Shown: positions 12,201-24,200 of the stretch, piece by piece
Numbering within the stretch: position 1 is the stretch's first letter
How the letters are laid out: the number at the start of each line of letters is the position of its first letter
Origin: Botryllus schlosseri
Taxonomy: Eukaryota
Direction: 5' to 3'
DNA: 64,000 nt
NCBI GenBank assembly: GCA_051294905.1
Contig: CM119373.1
Coordinates: 18,600,001 to 18,664,000 of the forward strand
Program-made: the position numbers and the translations under genes
Notes under the pieces: generated by a model
Told to the model about the DNA's origin: nothing
Databases searched by the model: none
The model's input: the letters and a program-made list of their open reading frames with translations, nothing else

Positions 12201-15200
12201 ATGGTGTAATTCTACTACAATAGTTTTTTACATCTGGCTGATGTTCTTTATTATGATTCAGCATCTGTCGATTTGGAGCACGGTCCACTTACAGACTTTT
12301 TTTAAAAACACCGCTTAGGCAGATCGGATAGCGAGGAGCCTATAAAAGCCTTCCACGTCTGTAATCATCTGTTACATGCAGGACCTAACTGCCGCACCCC
12401 GACCCCCTAATTGGTGCATCGAGCGCGAAGTAGGTTCAAAGCTACCTCATGAATCAACGTACCTTATGGAGTATTTGTTTTTTGTAACTTCATTCAAGTA
12501 TTCTTCGCGCCGTCCGCGATTTGACATCGTCCGATGTCTTGTTTTTAATACGGGTAACCACCTCCCTAATAAAACAATACGCATAATTTATAGGAATAGG
12601 CCTTTCGGTGTCGGCCATTGCCGTGCCACGACATACCAATTCATATGAAGTTTAGACCAACATGCGGCTACATGAAATGTCCTGTCAAAGATATCGACAG
12701 TGAGAAAACCTCTATCGAAAAGGATCGAAACCTTCGGTATATACATGCCGAATTGCCCATTGACCTTAATGGCTGCCTCCAATCAAGTATTGTTGTCGCC
12801 AAATATTTATAGAATCATATGTAATCGCTATGCCATCGACTGAATGCCATCAGTCAATGGTATTGGCAATTTCATATACTACTATATGAATAATCGCGAA
12901 AATATTCACGCTAGGCGCGACCAGACAACTGTAGCGCACCGAAAACACGAAAACTGGCGCCCACGAGCAGTGGTTAAAGGATAGTCGCGAAAGGGAATCT
13001 GGTGGGTCGCGCAATGAAATTTAGATGAAAAGTGGGTCGCGAACTGAAAAAGGTTGGGAAGCACTGCACTAGATATAAAAAAATCCACATCATTGTGACT
13101 TATTGGTTCAATAAGACCGTGTGATAGGCCTACATGGAATGCACAGGTCTTATTTCAGCAGATCAATCATTACTGCACAAGTGCATAAGGATGTATATAC
13201 CAAATGAACATATATTTTGTGCGTAATGGGATTCTATATGGACGTGGAAAAGCGCTTCTCTCTTTGCTCTGGATCTTATATCGGCGCTGGCGTTGGTGCT
13301 AAATTAATTGACATTACCAATTAAAATCGCTGGCGTTTCCAGACTTGATAAAACAAAGAAAACTGGTACGCCGACAACGCTACGTCTAATGCGGGCTTAA
13401 AAAAGAGATACGTTGCCATTAGATTGTTCAACTACTACTACGACAACATAAGCTGTGATCGTTTGGTTTGCGGTCAATTTATTTGTGATGGAACAAGAGG
13501 ATCAGTGAAACGTACGATTAGTGAATGACTGGTTGCTTTCACAAGTGCCACCGGCGTATCGCAAGCAATCCAAACATATCAAGATACAGTGATTTAATCG
13601 ACACCGTTTACTTAAACTGACTTGTAAATTTTGCTCCGAGTCACGAGTCAATCCGCATTTGTGATGCGCCGAGTCATGTCAAGTCATACGAAAAAGTTGA
13701 CTCGAGTCTGATTCGAAATTAACAAACAAAAGGGGAACGTAGTACAGTGAAATCAAATTTCCACTCATTATAGCCCTGTTCATATTTTTGGTGACGTTCA
13801 TTCCGTGTTTGTACGACTGTACGTGCAATGTGGTTAGTGATGGGGCAAAACCTCCCATGCGAAATATGCATACATCAATGGCCGGTGACCATCCCCACAT
13901 ATTTCAGAAAGGAGCATAAGGATAAAATATGTAAAGATCCTTCCGCAGTGCAAGGTCAACTTCTTGACGGTCGGCCATGGCATGCGGCAGGTCAGGACGT
14001 AGAGGTTTCCGATACGGTAGGGCTGAGATGCAAAAACGAGGATCAGGAAGACGAAATGTGTCACGACTACAAAGTCAGATTTTGTTGTCCGATTAAAGGT
14101 ATGAGACAAGGTTTTCGACGGTTAATATTGAATGAGGTCAATGTATGTAACCACCTCGTTTTGTTATCAGATTTTATCATTTCAAATGCAATCTTCCTTC
14201 CATGTACTACGAAATAGCTGTATTAAACATATTTCTTTAGAGCCATTCTGTAGAAGAGGTTTCGAATGGACTCGGTGGTTTGATAGAGATAATTCTGGTG
14301 GCAAAGGGGACTTCGAACTATTGAGTGATTTAAGGTAAGTTTCCCGAAAAAAGAACACATAACGTAATAGGCTATAGGTAGGGAAAATTCTAAAATGAAT
14401 GGTCGCCAGCGATTAATGTGACATGTTGAATTCGGAACCTTGTGAAATATGCGTTAGAAGTGTATTACCTATTAATAATATTATTATCAAGGCAATACAT
14501 CAATATTTTTTTAAAGAAATTCGAAAAAAGATGTTTTGCTAAATATGAGCGTTGATTGTGATGGACGACATCATCTGGTGAATTCGACAATCGGTGCTTA
14601 GTAGGATATTAATGTATTCAGGTTCGAGTTTAGGGTTATAAGTTAGGGTTAGGTTAAAGTTATGGATTCGAGGTTGCAGAATGGTTCGGGTCAGGATGTG
14701 AGGTAGGGTTAGGGTTTGGATTTGCGAAATGCCGACTTCATCAAATGCCGAATTTACTGGTCACCCAATGTACATGTAATTAATGTAATGTAGGCCTACG
14801 GTGACACAGATTGAATGAGCAGCTGATCAAATCATGGCCACTTTTTTCTAAGTTTAAATGACGAAGGCAGGCACCAAACTCTCTAGAGTGTATTTAACTG
14901 AGACTTAACCTTGAAAGAATGTTGCTACAGATCTGGTATGTGTGGTGCGACCATTCGATTCGCGTTCCTGTTTGATATGCCGACTTTAGCAATTCCAAGG
15001 TTCTCCGTGTACTTATTTGCATACTAAAAATATTTTCTATCCATATTTAGGCCTATACCTATTTAAACAAACTTCGAAAACTACAACTTCCTATCACATG
15101 CTGCATCACGGTGGAAACAGGAAAACCAAACGATAATAGAATCAACATTTATTTCGATATACTGTGTTACGGATGTCAGATTGTCGATATGGCACGTGGT

Positions 15201-18200
15201 CACGATCAGTAAACTATGAAACTAGGCTACATCCACGCCCAGTGTACTGTCTCCATTTGTAACATCCCAACTGGAAGCAGACCACTTGAGTATAAAGGTC
15301 ACTGGTCTAGTATTTAGACGATTTATGTAGGTATTTACTCCTTTAACATCATTACCCGCAACCATATACAAACTATATATTATATCATCGATAAAGGCTC
15401 ATGAACCGTAGAAAAATCAGGGATATGTATAGTGAGATAAATGAAAAAAACATATACTTCAAGTTTCGTATATTGTTAGGCGCGTGTAGTATAACTTCAA
15501 TTCAAATTTACATTCATAGGCCTGCTAGAAATCTTGGCGAATTTCACTCCTTGTATGCACCACTGTAACATATTGGTTAAACAAGCGAAAGAACTTCTTT
15601 AGCACAATAGAGAGGGTAAAAGAATCTGTATTTGTCAGCAACAGTCCAAATCCAAAATAGCAATAACAAAAATGCAATTGGGTGAAATGTGGGAGGAAAG
15701 AAAGGCACATGTGAGTGGCTCGATATAACAGAGTCAACAATGCTGGACAACATCAATTGTATATACATCAATGACACTGGTCAACAAAATGAATTTTTTT
15801 TAGGCAGAACATCTGAGAGCCGTTTCTGGGGTTTTCGAGGTTGCTGATTACGAATATCACATTAGTTTTGTCAGATTGGCTCTTTTGTCAGAAGATATTT
15901 ACACCCCTAAAAAGTCCAAAATTACTGTATTTACCCTTAAATATTTCACTTGGTAGGAAGAAAATCGTACTTTTTTCTAATTTTATAGTGCCCATAAATA
16001 ACTAATTGGCTATAAGAGCCCTCATGTCATTCTCAGTCATTCTATCAATATTAACATGGCATGATGCGAAATATTTGTTTGTCAAAAAGCAGTTTGTCAA
16101 GCATGAAAATCGTACTTTTGCACAACGGAAATTCATATTCTCCTGTATCATTTGGTCATTCCACCTAGATTAAAGAGGATAATAAAACTATAACATTTGT
16201 CCTTGGAAGGCTTAACTACAATACTCATATGTGTCTCCTTTTTTGACTGGTAAATGGATAATTTTCCGCTGAGTCAACAAAGTGGATATACCTAGTAACC
16301 ATATCAAACGAGAAGCTTAAATCTGGTATCTGATATATTCGAATACCGATGAAAGATTCCAGTTTTACATTATGAAGGAGTTCACTGCCTGTAATTTCCC
16401 CTAAGATGCAGTAAATAAAACTTTTTAGATGATCATAATGCACCCAACCACAAACAGTTGGGCCGAAAATTCGTATCTGCGTATCGAACACTTGAGCACA
16501 AACATGAGAACAAAAGTTCACTTCCTGTTCAGAAATCTTGGTATATTTTCCGATCATCTTGTTGATTATCAAGGGGAGAGGCTCTACCAAGACATCAGAA
16601 CAACAAAAGAGAGATATCAGAGCAGATGAGATGAACAATTGAACATAATATGCCAGACCATTGCCGGAACCTTTCGAGAAACTGCACTAAATAGCTTACA
16701 GGCGAAAATCTTACTAAAAAAAAAACAATTTTGATTCAAAATGTATCAATAATATTATATTCCAACTGATTATTTCAAATTCACAATAGGTGGTTGACGT
16801 GAAACTGATTGAATTAATGCCACGTTATTTTAGTAGGCTATCTAGGTAAGTACTTATGTACATGACTGGAGTTTATTTACGTACATGATAATACCCCCAT
16901 GGGCTATCTCCACAACAAGAGCCAATTTGAAAAAACTAAGGTCTTATTCGAAATCAGTGCCCTTCAGAACCCCCAAAACCACTCTTACTTTGTCTGCCTA
17001 AAAATATGTGTTGACCAGTGTAATATATGTTTGATTTCCGGTGACCTTATATTCTACAGAAAAGAGAATAAAGACAAAATATGTAAAATGCCCTCCGCAG
17101 TGCAAGGTCAACTTCTTAACGGCCTTCCGTGGCAAGCTGCACGTCAGAATGTGGATGTTTCCAAGAAGTTGGGGTTGAGATGCAAAAACAGAGATCAGGA
17201 AGAGGGGAGATGTCTCGACTACAAAGTTCGGTTTTGCTGTCCGATCAAAGGTATGGAGCAAGTATTGAGGTTTTTGAAGTAGGGTTACCATATTTCTCGA
17301 TATATCTAGGGTTAACATATGTCCTCCTTTAGAAGGATTTGTCCTCCTTTTAAGGAAATTGGAAATGTCCTCCGAGGACACCTAAAAGTCCTCCTTTTGG
17401 ACAATTCGTCCTCCTTTACAGCTGATAATGGACAGAGTCAACTGAAAATAGTCATAAATGACGTAAATAGGTGATGCGGACGTTCGATCGGGTCATTCGG
17501 GAGTCGAATGAAAGTGATGACCTTTCTTTAGTCAACACAACAAGAATTCCATTAAATATTACAAAATTCGTAAACTGACTTTTACAATTTGGTAGAAGTG
17601 TCTTCCTTTCCGATTCCAAAATATGATAAACCGTGACCCTAGTTAAAGGGGCTCTGCCTTCAAAATATGATGCGGTCACGAATGAAAGTTCAGGGCGTGA
17701 AAAGCATTTCAACAGCAATCGTTCTCCTCGGAAAACCATCGTCTTCAAATACAGGTATACGATTTTCACGAAAAGTATCATTCAGGTACATTTCTGATGC
17801 ACTTGTCTCTAATGTTGCACTTTTGGATGCGATAAACGCTGGAAAAACAAATTTAGAATAGATGGTTGTCAGCCGATATTATGAAGGAAGTGTGTCTTAC
17901 AAGCACGACGGCTGAGTTACGACACGTATAGGTGCGTTCAACGGAAGATGGTTTCGGTCAGAGGTATATCTCGGATATCGCATAATTATACCGTATTACC
18001 ATAGTGTCCTACAATAGTGTGGACACAAGCATCTCTCACAGCTCACTGCGATTGGTTCACATCACGCTTTCCATTAGGCCAAAGGCAATTTCACGGTATT
18101 TTTTTTTGACCGGCTTGCCGAACGCGAACATTGATAAAATTAGTATCAATTGAAAGCTACAGCGGCACTGATTGCGACAATATACATCTTATTCTGCTCG

Positions 18201-21200
18201 TGGTCCTGGAGCTCCCCAAAATCAGCCTCAAATTTTGCATTGTAACGGAGTTTGGTATTGTGACGCAACCATGCCGTCTGAAAGAAGGTGAGAAGTAGCG
18301 CAAACCGCAAGCGTATTGGTCATTGTTGCGCAAGCGATTGCGCATTCACACTCTCACTCTCACTGAGCACTTGCTCCTGAGCTGCGTTATATTATTCCAG
18401 GCGGCATTTTTGCGTCACAATACGTAGCTCCCTTTCAATGAAAAACTCGACACTGATTTTGACGGGTTGCTTGTGTCCACACCATTGTAGGACACTACGG
18501 TATTACATTTGTATGAATATAAATAATTTCATGAGAGTTATAACGGACATCAGATCTAAACTTGTGTGACTGGGCCTTTGCTAACCTAAAGCTAGTTGTG
18601 CATCCATGATCACGTCGAGAAAATACAACAGTGAAAAACGCGACAGGAATTTCACATAGGGTCAGGAAGCCATGACGAATGACCTCGACACCAAATAGAT
18701 ATATGATTTGCAACGGTGCATGCCACGAAAATCACTGAGCTGCAGTCTGAATGCGGTGACTAGCCGAGGAAAATGGCTGTTGCCAAAATGTTTTCAGACC
18801 TTCAACTTCATTTTGGGACCATATCATATTCAGAACGCAGTGCCCCTTTAACATTGAAGGGGAGATCTAACGCTTACGATCATACATATCTGGATATTAG
18901 CTTTTACAATGTTGTATCCAGGTTCCCTTCCCTGTACAATATGTAATGTACTATATATTTATTTTAGAACCTACCTGTAAGGGAGATTCGAAATGGACAA
19001 TGTGGTTTGATCGCGATAATCCTGGCGGCAAAGGTGACTTCGAACTATTGAGCGATTTAAGGTACACGGTTGTAAGTAAAAATTACATAATGACTAATTA
19101 CCAGTTACCAGCGCTGCTACACAAGTAGAAGCAGAAATAAAGCTACAAATTTATCTTCAATTCCAAGTAGAAGCAGATATTTCCGAAGCTAATTCAAGTG
19201 TTAGTAGAAAATGAAAGTTCTCAAGACAACTGAAGTGGGGTATTGTAATTTTAGACTGGTCATAAGACAGGTGCCTAAAAACTGTGTATGTGGAAGTAGC
19301 ATAAACAAGAACACTTGAGTAAGTATTGCAAGTACCTAGAAACTACTTGAGTAACACAAAAATGTTGATGTGCTTCGATACTGACCTCCTCTGAAAAAAA
19401 AGGTGAGCCAAATGACACTTTTAGAATAAGCTAATAGTAAATATGTAGTGTGCAATCAAAATTATTGGTGGACTTCATTCGGTACGCGAGATAAACACTC
19501 ACATTAGAATCTTATTTTCACAATATCTGCCCATCGATTACGCAATTATGATGACCGGTGGCCATAATTTAGAAAGGAGCATCCGAAGAAAATATGCAAG
19601 AGGCCATCTGCGGCTCAGGGCCGACTTCTAAACGGCAAACCATGGCATGCGGCGGGACAGGATGTTGCAGTGTCGAAGACATTAGGGTTGGTATGCAAAA
19701 CCAAGAATCAAGATGACGAGAGGTGTCGCGATTACAAAGTCAGGTTCTGTTGTCCGCTTAGAGGTAAGCAGTTGTTGTTGTTGTTTGACGACTACAATGG
19801 CCATTTACACTATGCCGTTTTTCTTAATTTTGATTCCGTAGTTGCCGAATTGTAGCATGGCCCACTTCTAGGCTTTTTTGACAACGCTTACGCGGATGAT
19901 ATGGCGATGAGGAGCCTAGATAAACCTCTAACACTTAGGTAGGTAAGTGGAGTCGACCTCGACCTCGGCCGGACTTGTACCCGCAATCCATTGGAGCCGG
20001 AGCTGTGCTTTATATACCACTACTCTATCTGACTATACTGGTGTAAGCAATCCCTATAGAAAATTCTACATCTAACTGCATTACCAAAGGTGGTCAAAGC
20101 AGTAAGCATTGCTACTTGAGTAGAAGTAATGCCGTTAACTTCCACTCAATTCAGATTTGAAGTAGCGCATTCGCATATATACAATACGTACTACAAACAG
20201 AGGTAAAAACCGGACGGCCAGAATAGTATACAAGTCTATATATGAAGTAAATTTGTTCGAGGTGTCACATACTTTGTATTGTAAATCCGAGGATGGTTGA
20301 TGTCGAAATTCCAAGATGCACCTCAGCGGCAACGGAAAATGGCTGATGACATTACAAATAGGTCGCATTTTGAAAATATATTCAGTTACCATGATACATG
20401 GGCTAATTCGCCCGATTGGTATGAGATTCACAAATAAACGGGGTACCTTACTAAAGCCCAAGTGTAAAACGTAATCGAATTTCCGCAACAACTGTTAAGG
20501 AGATGTTGAAATAATCCGAAATCGTCACCCAAAACCAGTAGAAGTAGCCTACTTTAATACAAACCATTTCTGCATTACAGAACTAGTAAGTTCATGATGA
20601 TTAACATATCACTGCGATTTTACATAACCAAATCTGATTTCTCTAGGTTCTCCATGCGAGGATGGCACTTTTTGCGGACCCAATGCGGAATGCCTTGACG
20701 GCAAGTGTACGTGCGTGGACCGCAAATTCGGTGAAAACGTACACGAAAATCTCGAAAGTATACTTGCTCCGGAAATAACATGCGGGGCGGATTTCATTCA
20801 ATTGACGTAATACTGTAGCTTATATAGTTTCATAACTAAACATCAATACCTTCCATATGCTCTTTCATACGTGTTGATATAATAGCGGATATAACATAAT
20901 GACTCCACCGATCACTATTAAAGCGTGTGGTGCAAATCAAGTCAGTGGCATTTTTCCAGTAGCAATTTCACACACCCAGTCCACTTGGTGTAAACGAGCC
21001 AAACACACCCGAATGGCTTATATATAGGGTCGTATACATTGGGCCAAAACTATTTCAAGCGGAAGTAGAATATGAACAGTCTGAAGACTGCTCAAGTAAT
21101 TAGTTTGAAATAAGTGCATTAGGTCGATGGGTCGGTTACTTTTCGTAGTTAAAGGAAGAGGCTATTTTGCTAATGCAATATGTATCTTCACGTCTAATGT

Positions 21201-24200
21201 CAAATGACCAAGGTCACTACGAATAGGCACAGAGTTCGAACCTATTTCCAGTTACGCTGATACAAGGGAAAGTTTCACGCAGGACTTATGACAATTTCTC
21301 TTCTAAAAATGATGCAAACAAATCACAATAGAAAATTCATACTGTTTTAATTCCAAACACGTGATTGCAGGCGACTAAATTTGTATGTAATTAGTTTTGC
21401 CAAAAACCATCGCGTGGTATAGTGGAATTAGTGTTACAGCATTACTCCTGGATTAGGTAGTGCTCGCACTAGGGTTGGATTATCCGGATAACGGTTAACC
21501 GGTTAACCGCAGGTATTTATACTATCTGATATCCGGATATAATTCTGCCGGTTAACCGGATAAAAAAGAATCGTTGCTAATGCGTTTTACACTTTTTAGT
21601 AAGCTTCAATAAGTCGTATTCAGTGTTGTGCGCGGCCGATTAGCGAGAAGCGTGTTGCCAATTAGCGTCTCGGACCTAGCATGCGTTGGCTCATATCTCC
21701 CGATGGCTTGGTGATGATATGCTGTTAAAGGGGCACTGCGCTCTAAAAATGATGTGGTCTCAAATTGAAGGTAAAAACGAACACAAATTTTTGGCCGCGG
21801 CCATTTCCTTCAGAGCGCCACCGTAATGGAGCTGCAATTAATTGAAATTTCTACAAGACCAGCTGCCGCCGCTGCTTAACCCGTTACATGGCACGATACC
21901 TTCACCGTCGCACTTGCTCGACGCGATTAGGCAGTCACGCAGAGAACGAATTTTAGATAGTTGTCAGCCGATGTTATGAAGGAATTGTGTCTAAGTTTCG
22001 TTATCTGCGTGACTGCCTTATCGCGTCGAACAAGTGCGAAGATGAAGACATCTTGCCATGTAACGGGTTAACCAGCCGCGGCAGCTGGTCTTGTAGAAAT
22101 TTCAATAAATTGCAGCTCCATTAAGGTGGCGTTCTGAAGGAAATGGCTGCGGCCAAAAATTTTTGTTCGATTTTACCTTCAATTTGAGACCACATCATTT
22201 TTAGAGCGCAGTGCCCCTTTAAGTGTATTCTGAGAGTGACACCGCGAAACTGAATGACATCTAATATTCGCAAACATGTGCGTGAGTGCAAGCGTAATTG
22301 ATTTCCGCTATTAATTAATTCGAAAAAAAGTCGAAACCCCATCATTTTATTTCAAACCCCCCTAAATTTTAGGCTGGTTGTGTGCCTGATCACGTGAATT
22401 AGAGCGAGGTATCATTTCGGCATCAATTCCAGTATCAGCTAGTCGTCCTTCTAGTACTCCAAATCTAAACATAAGAATGGTCAAAAGGAATGTAAAGTCG
22501 TCGAAGTTTCCAGGAAACCACCTGCCAACCTTAAGACTATATACGAAGCGCTGCTTACTATTCAGCCCACTTCTGTGGAAGCTGAAAGAGCATTCAATAC
22601 ACGTGGACTCTTTGTTACAAAATTCCTGTCTCGGCTACAGGATGCCACAATTGATGCATTGTGCTTTATAAGAAGGGCGTTGCAGAAGCAGTGAACATTA
22701 AATTGGCGTGGTTTTTCTCGTATTCGCTCGTACTGCGCCTGCGCGTGTAGGTATAGGTACCTCATGAAATCGATTGTCTCACTTAGCAGTTATTATCCGG
22801 TTAACCGGTTAGATAAATTCCAAATATCCGGATATATCCGTTATCCGGATAGTGAATATTATTGATATCCGAACTAACCCTAGCTCGTTCGCAAAATCTA
22901 CTTGAATACTCCTGCAAAAGTAGAAGTAGTCCGTTACTGATCATCGCCGACTAGACGTTCTGGAACGGTGACTGTATTTATTGGAATTTTGTCACGTTCA
23001 GAATCGACAGATGTGGGGCCAATGCTATTGGTTTCGATTTGGAGAAGCTGCGATTACTCGGAAAGGGGCCGAATCCCCCTAAACGCCGCCCAATAATGGA
23101 TCGTGCACGTCATTGCACCGGAAAATTAATCAATACCGAAGAGGGTTCTAAATACAGCTTCGTTCTGCGAGGCGACATGAAGCGATGCAATCCTATCGTC
23201 AATGTGAGTGTGCCCTGTTTGCTAGCATGTGCTGCATTGGTTGTTGGAGATCATTTCGTTTCATCTCAACTTTCCACACCTTATTTTGCAGGACAACGGA
23301 ACTCATATAACGTACGAGCACACGATGCGGGGCTCGCAATATCAAAGAATTGGTCACATAGTGCGCGATCGTCCAATTGAAGTCGATTTCGTTTGCGTGT
23401 ACGAAAGTGGTTCGGTCGGAAGCTTGCCGTCACCTGCACACCCACACATAAGGTAAAAGGATAGCTTCACATAATGCAACGCCAACCTCGGTCAGCAACG
23501 AAGTAGCCTGCTTCTCTCTTCTTTTTTAAACCAACAATTCCCTAGCTATCTGTTCTTGAAAAGTTGTTATTGGTCGGAAATATATTGCCACCAGGCCTTT
23601 CATGGTTTAGTAATACAATTCGCAACTCTGGCATCAGTATGAAATCGTTTATACGAAAATCATGCAATGCAGTACTGTTTCAGTGAAATGTTATTCTAAT
23701 ACTCTATATTCAGTATTGTCTCTGTCGGAATTAATTCTTCCGGAGAATACGACATCAGCATGCACCTGTGGAGCGACAGTGACTTCAGCGTGCCGATGAC
23801 ACCATATACATCCTTGCGGGTATGTGTCAAGTGCTAAGAAAAGATGTTATTCTTACTCACGATCAGTTATTTTATTTCATAATCAGCTCTCTGAAGACAA
23901 CACTGTATTCACAAAGTTTGATTTCCAGATTCCTTCTGATATCACGTAATATTGATTAGGATGTGACTCTCATGTTAAATTGTCGAAAGTTTAGTAATTC
24001 AATGTAGATTCAATCCATCGAGCCATGTAGGCTGATAAGCTTTGAGCATGCACACATTTGGACTTGAAACAAATCATTCAAAGATTCTGATCGGATTTCG
24101 ATTCACAGACTTATGCGAAACTGAATCCAGTGTGGATTTTGATATGATATTTTTGATAATATTGGATATGGGCTTGGATTTAAAGGATTACAGAAGTTGG

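Larger units (their letters stand above)
21470..22882. mobile_element. hAT deletion derivative with a transposase C-terminal remnant
   Basis: TAGGGTT../..AACCCTA ends, TSD GCTCGCAC/GCTCGTTC (6 of 8 match). Confidence 0.8.

Noticed and set aside
23887-23945. Candidate ZP exon LSEDNTVFTKFDFQIPSDI
   Set aside because: It has AG/GT ends but ends in phase 2, breaking the join to 24663, and the ZP-C alignment is complete without it
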